NCBI GenBank assembly: GCA_004195035.1 | Contig: SGBD01000003.1 | Coordinates: 133,981-165,980, forward strand | Source of the DNA: Candidatus Acidulodesulfobacterium ferriphilum | Lineage (GTDB): Bacteria > SZUA-79 > Acidulodesulfobacterales > Acidulodesulfobacteraceae | Direction: 5' to 3' | DNA length: 32,000 bases | Part shown: positions 14,903 to 23,775 of the stretch, one piece after another | Position numbering within the stretch: the stretch's first letter is position 1 | Layout: each line of letters begins with the position of its first letter | Notes under the pieces: generated by a model | What the model was told of the DNA's origin: nothing | The model's database searches: none | The model's input: the letters and a program-made list of their open reading frames with translations, nothing else | Made by a program: the position numbers and the translations under genes

Positions 14903-15706
14903 ATGAAAAATAAAAAATATTTTAGAGTTTTTCTTCTGCTTTTTGTTTTTTTATTTTTTACGGCGGCTTTTTTATCGGGATGCGCCGAGATGGAACCTGA
15001 TACCATACACAATTTAAAGGTTCAGGTTAAGAAATTAAATAAAAAGACCGGCAAATTATCCCAAAGCAATACTTATTTAGAGCAAAAGCTTCATGACATT
15101 CAGGTAAATATAGCAAATCAAGGGGTAAAAATAGCTGATATAAATTCTAAACTAAGGGATATTTATGGAAAATATGAAGTAGAATCCCACAATCTCCATA
15201 TGCTTCAAAAAAGGTTTAGAGATTATCGCTTAATTGTTAATAAAGAACTTATTACATTGCTTAAGCATGCTCAAATTAAACCTCCGGTAGAAAAAATCGC
15301 TCCGCCCAAAAAGGCGGTTATCAGTGTAAGCCCCAAGCTTATGGAGTTTAATAAGGGTATGGATTTATATAAAAAGAAAGATTACGCTAACGCCGTTTTA
15401 GCTTTCAATAAATTTATAAGTAAATATCCGCAGTCAAAAGACATCCCTGATGCCGTATTTTATAAAGCTGTATCAAACTTCAATCTTAAAAAATATCCCG
15501 TATCCATATTGGAGTTCCATAAATTTTCCGAAGTTTATCCAAAAAATTCCCATGTTCCTATGGCTATATATTTACAGGGAATGGGGTTTTTAAAGCTTTC
15601 CGATAAGTCCGACGCGTCGATTTTATTTCAACAGGTTGTCTCAAAATATCCGGATGCGGAGGCTTCAAAACTTTCGGCGGCAGAGCTTAAAAAACTTTCG
15701 AAATAA
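14903..15706 (+). CDS. cpoB: CpoB/YbgF-like Tol-Pal protein (coiled coil plus TPR) with a lipoprotein signal
   Basis: I place the start at ATG 14903 (MKNKKYFRVFLLLFVFLFFTAAFLSGC, lipobox LSGC). The ORF-track start at 14792 overlaps tolB and encodes implausible sequence. The C-terminal TPR block DLYKKKDYANAVLAFNKFISKYPQSKDIPDAVFYKA...VVSKYPDAEAS is typical of YbgF. Confidence 0.8.
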   Translation: MKNKKYFRVFLLLFVFLFFTAAFLSGCAEMEPDTIHNLKVQVKKLNKKTGKLSQSNTYLEQKLHDIQVNIANQGVKIADINSKLRDIYGKYEVESHNLHMLQKRFRDYRLIVNKELITLLKHAQIKPPVEKIAPPKKAVISVSPKLMEFNKGMDLYKKKDYANAVLAFNKFISKYPQSKDIPDAVFYKAVSNFNLKKYPVSILEFHKFSEVYPKNSHVPMAIYLQGMGFLKLSDKSDASILFQQVVSKYPDAEASKLSAAELKKLSK

Positions 15707-15710
15707 AAGT

Positions 15711-16754
15711 ATGGGCTATTCCGAAAATATCATTAATCTGGCATTTGAGTCAAGTTGCGACGATTTTTCCTGCGCCGTGCTTTTAAAAGATAATAAAGGC
15801 ATAAAAATTCTTTCTAATATAACATATTCGCAGGATTTTGTGCATGATATTTACGGAGGCGTCGTTCCCGAACTTGCTTCAAGGAATCATATAAAAGCAT
15901 CTTTACCCGCCCTGTCGTTTGCTTTGTCAAAAGCCGCCATCGCACTAAAAGATGTCGGCTTAGTATCCGCTACGGCCGGACCGGGGCTTATCGGCTCCTT
16001 ATTAATAGGACTTATGGAGGCAAAAACTATATCGTATGCGCTAAATATTCCGTTAGTAAAAATAAATCATATCGAAGGACACATATTCAGCCCCTTTTTG
16101 GAAAATAAAGAGGAGTTTCCCTTTATTGCATTGGTTATTTCAGGAGGACACACCCATATATATTTGGTAAAATCCCACAGCGATATAAAACTTATCGGAA
16201 AGACAAGGGATGACGCCTGTGGAGAACTGTTTGACAAGGTTTCTAATTACCTTGGCTTTGGTTATCCGGGCGGCAGGATTATAGACGAGCTTGCCGAAAA
16301 GGGTAATAAGAACGAATTTAAATTTACCCTTCCGATGGCGCATAGCCGTAATCTGGATATGAGCTTTAGCGGACTTAAGACAGCCGTTATTACATTGATA
16401 GATAAACTGGGGGGGCGGGGCAAGATTAAAGAAAAAATAGTTTTTGATATTTTTGCTTCTACAAGAGAAGCGGTAGCCAGGATTCTTTATAAAAAGACCT
16501 TAGATGCGTGTAATATTTACGGAATAAATACGGTAGCGGTTTCCGGCGGGGTTTCTGCTAATTCAAGGATAAGGTCTCTTTTTGGGGAACCCGCGAAAAA
16601 TCCTTGTTTTAAAGTAATTTTTCCTTCTATTTCGCTTTCGACCGACAATGCCGCAATGATCGGTTACGCCGGTTTTTTTAAACCCCCGGTAGATCCCCTT
16701 AAAAATAAGGAAGAATTCTTAAATATTAACGCCGATTCCTCATGGGAGTTGTAA
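15711..16754 (+). CDS. tsaD: tRNA N6-adenosine threonylcarbamoyltransferase TsaD (Kae1/Gcp family)
   Basis: I place the start at ATG 15711 (MGYSENIINLAFESSCDD...). Metal-binding NHIEGHIFSPF, ALVISGGHTHIY and AVSGGVSANSRIR are present. The 15636 start is an out-of-context extension overlapping cpoB. Confidence 0.93.
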   Translation: MGYSENIINLAFESSCDDFSCAVLLKDNKGIKILSNITYSQDFVHDIYGGVVPELASRNHIKASLPALSFALSKAAIALKDVGLVSATAGPGLIGSLLIGLMEAKTISYALNIPLVKINHIEGHIFSPFLENKEEFPFIALVISGGHTHIYLVKSHSDIKLIGKTRDDACGELFDKVSNYLGFGYPGGRIIDELAEKGNKNEFKFTLPMAHSRNLDMSFSGLKTAVITLIDKLGGRGKIKEKIVFDIFASTREAVARILYKKTLDACNIYGINTVAVSGGVSANSRIRSLFGEPAKNPCFKVIFPSISLSTDNAAMIGYAGFFKPPVDPLKNKEEFLNINADSSWEL

Positions 16755-16760
16755 ATTATA

Positions 16761-17630
16761 ATGGAAAATTTACTTAGAAGCCGAAAAGTAATTTATGGGC
16801 AAAATTTTTTAATAAATAAGGAAACAGCCCGCAATATTATAGATTCATGCAATTTTTCTTTTAACGACAATGTTCTTGAAATAGGTCCAGGAGAAGGGAT
16901 ATTGACCGAATTTATTATAGGAAATACAAAAACATACACTATAATCGAAATAGACCCCTTTTATTATAATTTTATTAAAGGAAAATTTAATTTAAATAAA
17001 TTTAGCGGAATCAATATCGTCAACGAAGATGCCCTTAAATTTGATTATACGGGATTAAGCCGCAATCTTTCCTCCAAAATAAGGGTTGTGTCAAATCTGC
17101 CTTACGAAATCTCAAGCCCTATCATAGAAAAATTTATAAGAGAAAAGGATGCTTTTTCGGATTTAACGCTCATGTTTCAAAAGGAGTTTGCACAGAGGCT
17201 TTATGCAAAAGAAAATGATTCGGAAAGAGGGGCTTTAAGCATTATTGCCGATATAAATTTTGAAATTATCAAACTTTTAGAGGTGGACAAATCAAATTTT
17301 AATCCCGTGCCAAAGGTTGATTCGACGGTATTAAGGATAATCCCAAAATATCATACGGATGATAATTATATTTGGGCGGTAAATTCCCCATTCTTTAGTT
17401 ATTTTGTGCATCAAATTTTTAAGCTGAGAAGAAAAAAACTTAAAAACTCTATACATGCGTCGTTTTTTGGGGTGCCTCCCGACATAAAGATGAAAATATT
17501 TGCGGAATTAAACATCGATTTAAATAAAAGGCCGCAGGAATTAACGACAACCGAGTTTATAAAAGCGGCAAAAAAATACGACGACTATTTGAAAATTGCA
17601 GAAAAACGGTATAATAATATTAACGGTTAA
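16761..17630 (+). CDS. rsmA: 16S rRNA (adenine1518/1519-N6)-dimethyltransferase
   Basis: 289 aa with GQNFLINKETARNII, the SAM motif VLEIGPGEGILT, and VVSNLPYEISSPI. Confidence 0.93.
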   Translation: MENLLRSRKVIYGQNFLINKETARNIIDSCNFSFNDNVLEIGPGEGILTEFIIGNTKTYTIIEIDPFYYNFIKGKFNLNKFSGINIVNEDALKFDYTGLSRNLSSKIRVVSNLPYEISSPIIEKFIREKDAFSDLTLMFQKEFAQRLYAKENDSERGALSIIADINFEIIKLLEVDKSNFNPVPKVDSTVLRIIPKYHTDDNYIWAVNSPFFSYFVHQIFKLRRKKLKNSIHASFFGVPPDIKMKIFAELNIDLNKRPQELTTTEFIKAAKKYDDYLKIAEKRYNNING

Positions 17631-17655
17631 CAGTTAAGTCAGACAGGGTAAATTT

Positions 17656-19137
17656 ATGAAAAAGGTAGTTATTGCCCTTGATTTGGGTACTACGGGCAAC
17701 AGAGCTATAGCTTTTAACAAAGATGCCGTCATTACCGCCAGTTCTTATTATGAATTTCCGCAAATTTATCCCAAGCCTGCATGGGCTGAACAAAATCCGT
17801 ACGATATTCTAAATTCCGCCGTAAAAGCCCTTAAGGAAACTATTGAAAAATGTAATTCGTATGAGATAACCTCCGTTTGCATTACAAACCAGAGAGAAAC
17901 CGTCATATTGTGGAATAAAAGAACAGGGAAACCTGTTTATAATGCCATAGTCTGGCAATGCAGACGGACTGCAAAGTATTGCGAGGATTTAAGGGAATTT
18001 AGCCGTGGTATAAAAGAAAAAACAGGTTTATTTTTAGATCCGTATTTTTCTGCAACCAAAATCAGGTGGATAATGGATAATGTTAAAGGCGTTAAAAGTT
18101 TAACGGACAGAGGGGAAATAGCCTTTGGAACGGTCGATAGCTGGATTTTGTGGAATTTAACGGGCGGGAAAGTCCACGCTACGGACGCTTCAAATGCTTC
18201 GCGGACGCTTTTATATAACATTAACACATTAAAATACGATGAAGAACTTCTTGAAATATTTAATATTCCCTGGTCGGTTCTTCCGGAGGTGGGCGACAGC
18301 AACCGCAATTTCGGCTGCACGGATAAGTCTGCGGCAGGCAAATCCATTCCCATAATCGGAATTTTGGGCGATCAGCAGGCTTCCCTGTTTGCCCACGGCG
18401 GCTTTGAAACGGGCATAATAAAAAATACATACGGAACGGGGCTTTTTGCGATGATAGAAACCGGCAATAAAATTTATAACTCTAAGAAATTGATTTCGAC
18501 GATTGCATGGAAATTGGACAGCCTCCCGTATTACGCTCTGGAAGGAAGCATTTTTACCGGCGGCGAGATTATACGCTATATTAAAGACAATTTTAACTTT
18601 ATAAATTCGGCAGGGGAATCTTCCGATGCGGCTAACGGCATAGATTCCAACGGCGGCGTATATTTTGTTCCGGCGTTAACCGGTCTTGGCGCGCCGTTTT
18701 GGGACCCGTGCGCAAGAGGGCTGATTATCGGCCTTACAGGCGCCGCCTCCAAAAACCATATTATCAGGGCGGCATTAGAATCGTTAGCTTATCAAACAAA
18801 AGATGTTATTTTGGAATTTAAAAATTCGTTAAAAAAAGATTTGAACTTATCAAAATATAAATTAAGGGTCGATGGAAAAGCAAGCGAAAACGAGTTTTTA
18901 ATGCAGTTTCAGTCCGATATTTTAAATATGACCGTCGAAAAAACGGTTTTTACGGAGATGACGGCCTTTGGAGCCGCTGGGCTTAGCGCAATAACCACCG
19001 GCTTTTGGACAATCGACGAATTTTATAATCTTAAAAAAATAGAGCGTGTTTATAATCCGCAAATGGACGATAAAACAAGAAACGGTTATTATGACAGGTG
19101 GAAAAGGGCAGTGTCAAAATCTTTGAAATGGGCATAG
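17656..19137 (+). CDS. glpK: Glycerol kinase (FGGY family)
   Basis: 493 aa. IALDLGTTGNRAIAF, TNQRETVILWNKRTGKPVYNAIVWQCRRTA and GDQQASLFAHG closely follow GlpK signatures. Confidence 0.92.
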   Translation: MKKVVIALDLGTTGNRAIAFNKDAVITASSYYEFPQIYPKPAWAEQNPYDILNSAVKALKETIEKCNSYEITSVCITNQRETVILWNKRTGKPVYNAIVWQCRRTAKYCEDLREFSRGIKEKTGLFLDPYFSATKIRWIMDNVKGVKSLTDRGEIAFGTVDSWILWNLTGGKVHATDASNASRTLLYNINTLKYDEELLEIFNIPWSVLPEVGDSNRNFGCTDKSAAGKSIPIIGILGDQQASLFAHGGFETGIIKNTYGTGLFAMIETGNKIYNSKKLISTIAWKLDSLPYYALEGSIFTGGEIIRYIKDNFNFINSAGESSDAANGIDSNGGVYFVPALTGLGAPFWDPCARGLIIGLTGAASKNHIIRAALESLAYQTKDVILEFKNSLKKDLNLSKYKLRVDGKASENEFLMQFQSDILNMTVEKTVFTEMTAFGAAGLSAITTGFWTIDEFYNLKKIERVYNPQMDDKTRNGYYDRWKRAVSKSLKWA

Positions 19138-19150
19138 TAATGGATTAAAG

Positions 19151-19180
19151 TTAGACAAGCAGTGTTCAATGTGATATAAT
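19151..19180 (+). promoter_or_regulatory. Sigma-70-type promoter candidate with an extended -10
   Basis: -35 TTAGAC (19151-19156), an 18-nt spacer, then TGaTATAAT (19172-19180). It lies about 55 nt upstream of ATG 19234. Confidence 0.4.
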
Positions 19181-19233
19181 TTAGTCTAAGTTTAAGGATG
19201 TCCAATTAAAAATAAGTTAAATAAGGGGGTAAA

Positions 19234-19593
19234 ATGCGTAAAATTACTATCTTAACTTTAATTTTAATATTATCCTTGGTTGTATTTTCAAAAGATTCTT
19301 GGGCAGCCAAAATGTCAGGCCAGGCCAATGTCCATAGCGCTAAATTTCAATATGAAAAAGGCCTTGGCGCAATGAAAGGGGGTTATTACTATACTGCGGT
19401 TCAACATTTTCAAAAGGCTATTCTTGTAAAACCGCATTTCGCATTAGCCTGGGCGCAGATGGGGGTGGCTTTATATAAACTTGGGTTTCCGTCTCTGGGC
19501 ATAGTCAGTCTTCAAAAGGGGTTAAAATATAATCCAAATATCAAATGGGCAAAAATTAAATTAAAAGAATACCTTGCCTCTCCAAAAAGATAA
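19234..19593 (+). CDS. Small exported TPR-like protein
   Basis: 119 aa with a GGGGG RBS and a signal peptide (ILTLILILSLVVFSKDSWA/AK). It has TPR-like helices (YYYTAVQHFQKAILVKPHFALAWAQMGVALYKLG...LQKGLKYNPN). Confidence 0.65.
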   Translation: MRKITILTLILILSLVVFSKDSWAAKMSGQANVHSAKFQYEKGLGAMKGGYYYTAVQHFQKAILVKPHFALAWAQMGVALYKLGFPSLGIVSLQKGLKYNPNIKWAKIKLKEYLASPKR

Positions 19594-19597
19594 CTAA

Positions 19598-20524
19598 ATG
19601 ATTTTTGATAAAGTTGAAGCCGGGGGTAAACCCGCAGGTTCTTACAGGGGTTTTGGCAAATTTGCAAAGTCATCCATATTTAAAAACATTATCAAAGAAA
19701 AGGCTTTGAGTCTTAATATCGCTTTTGTCTGCTTTTACGGATCAAGAAATTATAACCTTGAAACAGACAAAAGCGATTATGATTTTTTTATTGTCTATTA
19801 TCCCGCCTTTGATAATTTCTACGCCAATAGATTTGAAAGATTTTCGGTTATAGAAAAGGAGTACGACTATTTTATAACCCCGATCCATGAATACTTTAAC
19901 CATGCAATGAAGGGTAATATAAAGTTTATAGAACCTATCATATGCGGGACGGTTTTTGAGATAAAGAATTTTAAAGCCGTAAAGGTCAGAGATGACGGCA
20001 AAGCTCCCGGACGATTCCGTCCCCGTGAAGTTCCTTCGGGACTTTCCGGATTATTAGAAAAAGTAAGAAAATTTATTTTGATTAATTATAAAAAAAATTT
20101 TAATGCTATGATGGGAATAGTAAATAACAAAAAACTAAATATCGTTAAAGGATTGTACACATCAAGCACATTAAAATACAAAGAGACTCACGGGTATGAC
20201 ATTAAAGAGGCAATAAATTCTTTAAGGATACTTTGCTTACTTGAAAATTATATTAAAAGCGGACAGTTCTCTTTCAGGGTTAAAGGAAACCCTGTTTATA
20301 AAGAGTTTGAAGATTATATGCTTAAAATAAACGAGGGGATTATCTCGAAAGAGATTTATTTAGAAATAGTAGGTAAAAAAGTAAACGATGTTTTAAAATT
20401 AAAAAATAACTTAGATATATTATATGAAGAGCAAAAACAGGCTGTCATAGAAGCCGAAGAAGAAATTAAAGATTGCGTTAAGAAACTTTGCAGAGATTAT
20501 ATCTGTTTTGCAAAACAGATATAA
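19598..20524 (+). CDS. Pol-beta-superfamily nucleotidyltransferase (COG3541 / RlaP-like)
   Basis: 308 aa. FVCFYGSRNYNLETDKSDYDFFIVYYP matches the GS-x9-13-D-x-D minimal NTase signature as found in predicted nucleotidyltransferases of the RlaP type. The start is 4 nt after the TPR gene stop. Confidence 0.6.
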   Translation: MIFDKVEAGGKPAGSYRGFGKFAKSSIFKNIIKEKALSLNIAFVCFYGSRNYNLETDKSDYDFFIVYYPAFDNFYANRFERFSVIEKEYDYFITPIHEYFNHAMKGNIKFIEPIICGTVFEIKNFKAVKVRDDGKAPGRFRPREVPSGLSGLLEKVRKFILINYKKNFNAMMGIVNNKKLNIVKGLYTSSTLKYKETHGYDIKEAINSLRILCLLENYIKSGQFSFRVKGNPVYKEFEDYMLKINEGIISKEIYLEIVGKKVNDVLKLKNNLDILYEEQKQAVIEAEEEIKDCVKKLCRDYICFAKQI

Positions 20525-20545
20525 TATGTTATATAATTATTAATT

Positions 20546-21010
20546 ATGGGTGTTTTAGCAAAAATATTTTTTTCTATTTTAATTTATCTGTTTGTCGAGA
20601 TTTATGTCTTTGTGGAGGCTTCTATCCTGATAGGCTTTTTTCCCGCCGCTATTTTGCTAATTTCCTTTAGCATAATAGGGTATATGATTACAAAAAGAAT
20701 AAAAGGCATCTCTTTTCAAAAAGCGGCGGCGGATTACGCAAACGGCGAATCCCCGTCTAAAAATTTAGTTAAGACGGCAGGTTTTTTTATAGCGGGCGTG
20801 CTGTTTCTTATGCCCGGGTTTATTACCGATTTTATTGCAATACTTTTTTTAATCCCATTTTTAAACTATTATTTAATGTATTTAATTTTTAGATATTTTA
20901 AAAATAAATTTAATGGTTCCTATGTCTATCAAAGTCAAAACGGGGGCGGTGATTTTAATGGCGGCGCTTTCACATTTATTTCGCTGCCTTTTAAAAAGAA
21001 CGGAAAATAA
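20546..21010 (+). CDS. fxsA: FxsA-family inner-membrane protein
   Basis: 154 aa with N-terminal IYLFVEIYVFVEASILIG and the family motif LMPGFITDFIAILFLIPF. Confidence 0.75.
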   Translation: MGVLAKIFFSILIYLFVEIYVFVEASILIGFFPAAILLISFSIIGYMITKRIKGISFQKAAADYANGESPSKNLVKTAGFFIAGVLFLMPGFITDFIAILFLIPFLNYYLMYLIFRYFKNKFNGSYVYQSQNGGGDFNGGAFTFISLPFKKNGK

Positions 21011-21013
21011 TAT

Positions 21014-21373
21014 ATGTATAAAATTTTACTAAAATCAAAAATTCACAGGGTTAAGATAACCGATGCCAATCTTGAATACGAGGGCTCTATTTCCATAGAT
21101 GAGGAACTTATGGATAAAGCCAATATTTTGCCGTATGAGAAAGTTAATATTTGGGATATAAACAACGGCAAAAGGTTCGAGACATACGCGATCCCCGCTA
21201 CGAAACACTCGGGGGATATTGTCGTTAACGGGGCCGCTTCAAGAATGGTTCAGGTAAACGACATTATAATTATTGCAACCTTCGGGCTTTATGACGAAAA
21301 AGAGCTAAACGGATTTAAACCCACGCTGGTTTATGTTGACGGGAAGAATCACATAAGCGATGTGGTTAAATAA
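21014..21373 (+). CDS. panD: Aspartate 1-decarboxylase (pyruvoyl-dependent)
   Basis: 119 aa. LKSKIHRVKITDANLEYEGSISIDEELMD contains the G-S self-cleavage site, followed by NGKRFETYAI...VNGAASR. It is collinear with E. coli PanD. Confidence 0.95.
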   Translation: MYKILLKSKIHRVKITDANLEYEGSISIDEELMDKANILPYEKVNIWDINNGKRFETYAIPATKHSGDIVVNGAASRMVQVNDIIIIATFGLYDEKELNGFKPTLVYVDGKNHISDVVK

Positions 21374-21395
21374 TTTCGTATATTTATAGTATTTA

Positions 21396-21493
21396 TCATT
21401 CGTCATTTCGCAGGACGCGGGAAGGGCGAACGGATTTTTGCCACAAATGCCTGAGCGGCACGGATTTGCGCCTATGGCCCGAACGAGACGTAA
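21396..21493 (+). other. GC-rich, potentially structured spacer directly upstream of the amidohydrolase start
   Basis: About 90 nt are far more G+C-rich than the flanking sequence. ACGGATTT occurs twice (21430-21437, 21460-21467), each copy bracketed by GGC...GCC. Outer segments CGTC-AT-TTCG (21401-21410) and CGAA-CGA-GACG (21480-21490) are complementary. No ORF is open in the frame I translated (the one shared with ATG 21494), and the six-frame track lists no ORF here. Confidence 0.5.
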
Positions 21494-22789
21494 ATGATTA
21501 AAAAGTATTTTGCCGATTATATCTTTATATCTCAGGCGGCTTCCCAGCCGTTTATCGAAAACGGCGAGCTAATAGCGGATGAAATATCCGGCAAAATTTT
21601 ATCCGTTCTGAAAAGCAATAAAAAAAACTATCCGTCCGTGGAAAGAAGTGGGGATTTCCGAACAATCATCATCCCCGGCTTTATAAACTCTCATACCCAT
21701 ACCGATCTTACTATTAAACCCGATGATAAAACGCCCGAAGTCTTTTCAAAATGGGTCATGTCTTTAATAGAAAAAAGGAAATCCTTCAGCCCCGATAAAC
21801 AAAATAGGCTCAGGATTAAAGCTTTTAAGGAGTTTGTAAAAAGCGGGACGACTCTTATCGGCGATATAATCCCGTTAGATTCATTTTATAATATAAACGA
21901 CTCCCTTTTAAAAACCAAACTTGTTCCTAAGGTTAAGGGGTTTATTGAATTAAGGGGTCTTGACCCTCTCCGCGCGCCTGCAATATTAAATGAATTTAGA
22001 GCGTTTCATAAAAAATACAATAATATTTTAAGGAAAAGCAAAAATTATTTTTCCTTGGGCATTTCTCCTCATTCTATCTATTCCGTATCGGAAGAGCTGT
22101 TTAAAGAAATAATAAAAGAAAATTCAAAAATAAGGCTTAAAGTAGCAATCCATGTCTCCGAACATTTGGCCGAAACCCTGTTTATATCGGGAAACGGCGG
22201 GGATATAGCAGTCAATCTTTTACCGGCATTAAATCTGACCAAATTTTCAAAACCGCTTAAAATATTTTCGTCACCCATATCTTATCTGGATTATTTAAAA
22301 ATCTTGAATCAAAATACATCGATAATTCATGCGAATGAAATAAACGATGAGGATATCGAGATTATAAAAAAATCAGGCGCGAATATTATTCACTGTCCGA
22401 GAAGCAACGCCTTTTTTAATTCAAAAAAACTTCCGTTAAAAAAAATATTAGATAAAGGCATTACGGTTTCATTGGGGACGGATAGCCTGTATTCAAATAA
22501 AACGCTGAGCATCCTTGACGAACTCAGGTATGCAAAAAAAATACATTCCGATATTTCTTCTAAAGACTTATTTGCTATGGCAACGATTAACGGCGCTAAA
22601 ATCCTTTCTTTTCCAAATGTTACCGGAACGCTGGAGCCAAATTCTTACGGGGATTTTACCGTTTTTAAAATAGATAAAAATATAAAAGTAAACGAAGGCA
22701 ATATCTATGATAATATATTATCGTTTAAAAAAACTGACATAATAAAGATTGTAATAAACGGAAATGTTGTCTATAATAAACTTAATTAA
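21494..22789 (+). CDS. Metal-dependent amidohydrolase (ATZ/TRZ, nucleoside or aminofutalosine deaminase-like subgroup)
   Basis: 431 aa with IIIPGFINSHTHTDLT (HxH metal site), IHVSEH, IIHANE and SLGTDS (Asp). Confidence 0.8.
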   Translation: MIKKYFADYIFISQAASQPFIENGELIADEISGKILSVLKSNKKNYPSVERSGDFRTIIIPGFINSHTHTDLTIKPDDKTPEVFSKWVMSLIEKRKSFSPDKQNRLRIKAFKEFVKSGTTLIGDIIPLDSFYNINDSLLKTKLVPKVKGFIELRGLDPLRAPAILNEFRAFHKKYNNILRKSKNYFSLGISPHSIYSVSEELFKEIIKENSKIRLKVAIHVSEHLAETLFISGNGGDIAVNLLPALNLTKFSKPLKIFSSPISYLDYLKILNQNTSIIHANEINDEDIEIIKKSGANIIHCPRSNAFFNSKKLPLKKILDKGITVSLGTDSLYSNKTLSILDELRYAKKIHSDISSKDLFAMATINGAKILSFPNVTGTLEPNSYGDFTVFKIDKNIKVNEGNIYDNILSFKKTDIIKIVINGNVVYNKLN

Positions 22790-22873
22790 ATGAGGTAATA
22801 CTATTTATAATAATTATAATAAATATAAATATATGAATATTTGATTAAATTATATTATAAAATTAAACTTGCG

Positions 22874-23704
22874 ATGAACATTATAACGAGTATTGCCGAA
22901 ATGAAAAAAATTTCAAAGGATTTAAAGGAATCATCGAGGCAGATTTCTTTCATTCCTACGATGGGTAAGCTTCATGACGGACATCTAAAGCTTATAGAAG
23001 AAGGCAAAAAATACGGCGAAGTTATCGTTTCGATTTTTGTCAACCCTGCACAGTTTGGTCATGATGAAGATTTTGAGAATTATCCGAGAGATTTCGAGAA
23101 TGATGTTAAAATATTAAAAGATTTAAATATCGGTTATCTTTTTCATCCGCAGGCAGATATAATCAAAAATACGGCGACATTTTTAATTAACCCCGAATAT
23201 GCGAACAGGCTTGAGGGCGTTTTCAGGCCAACCCATTTTCAGGGCGTCCTTACGATAGTGATGAAACTATTTTGTATAATAAATCCGGATTTTGCTTTTT
23301 TCGGACTGAAAGATTACCAGCAATATATTTTAATAAAGAAAATGGTTGAAGATTATTTTCTGGATGTAAGGGTAATCCCTGTTCCTACCGTAAGGGAAAA
23401 GTGCGGACTTGCAATGAGTTCAAGAAACGCGTATCTCGATGAAAAGGATAAAAAAATTGCCTGCAATTTTTACGGGTCGTTAAAAAAAACAACAGATTTA
23501 TTTAAGGCGGGCGAAATATCGGGAGAAAAGCTGACCGTTTCAGCCATAAAAGAATTGATTAAAAGTGGATTTAAAATAGATTATATAAAAATTATGGACC
23601 AAGGGTTAAATACTGAAAAACGAACCGTTGATTCCGGCGATATTCTGCTCGCCGCCGCAAAATTTAAAGGAGTAAGGCTGATAGACAATATTTTTTTCGA
23701 ATAA
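22874..23704 (+). CDS. panC: Pantoate--beta-alanine ligase
   Basis: I place the start at ATG 22874 (MNIITSIAEMKK...); the ORF-track start at 22841 is a TTG extension. It has the HIGH-type motif PTMGKLHDGHLKL, plus FVNPAQF, THFQGVLTIV and GLKDYQQ. Confidence 0.93.
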   Translation: MNIITSIAEMKKISKDLKESSRQISFIPTMGKLHDGHLKLIEEGKKYGEVIVSIFVNPAQFGHDEDFENYPRDFENDVKILKDLNIGYLFHPQADIIKNTATFLINPEYANRLEGVFRPTHFQGVLTIVMKLFCIINPDFAFFGLKDYQQYILIKKMVEDYFLDVRVIPVPTVREKCGLAMSSRNAYLDEKDKKIACNFYGSLKKTTDLFKAGEISGEKLTVSAIKELIKSGFKIDYIKIMDQGLNTEKRTVDSGDILLAAAKFKGVRLIDNIFFE

Positions 23705-23775
23705 TTTCCTAAAGATTTCAAGTAATTTTAATTTGAATTTTTAAAAAAATAAAAAATGGGGAGTAAGGAGGTCTT

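Noticed and set aside
14792-15710. ORF-track N-terminal extensions of cpoB (14792) and tsaD (15636), plus the TTG start of panC at 22841
   Set aside because: The extensions overlap the preceding genes and encode implausible sequence. Internal ATGs (14903, 15711, 22874) give N-termini that match the families: a lipoprotein signal, MGYSENIINLAFESSCDD, and MNIITSIAEMKK.
20488-20670. 60-aa ORF bridging the NTase 3' end and the fxsA 5' end
   Set aside because: It overlaps two better-supported genes out of frame and has no family resemblance.
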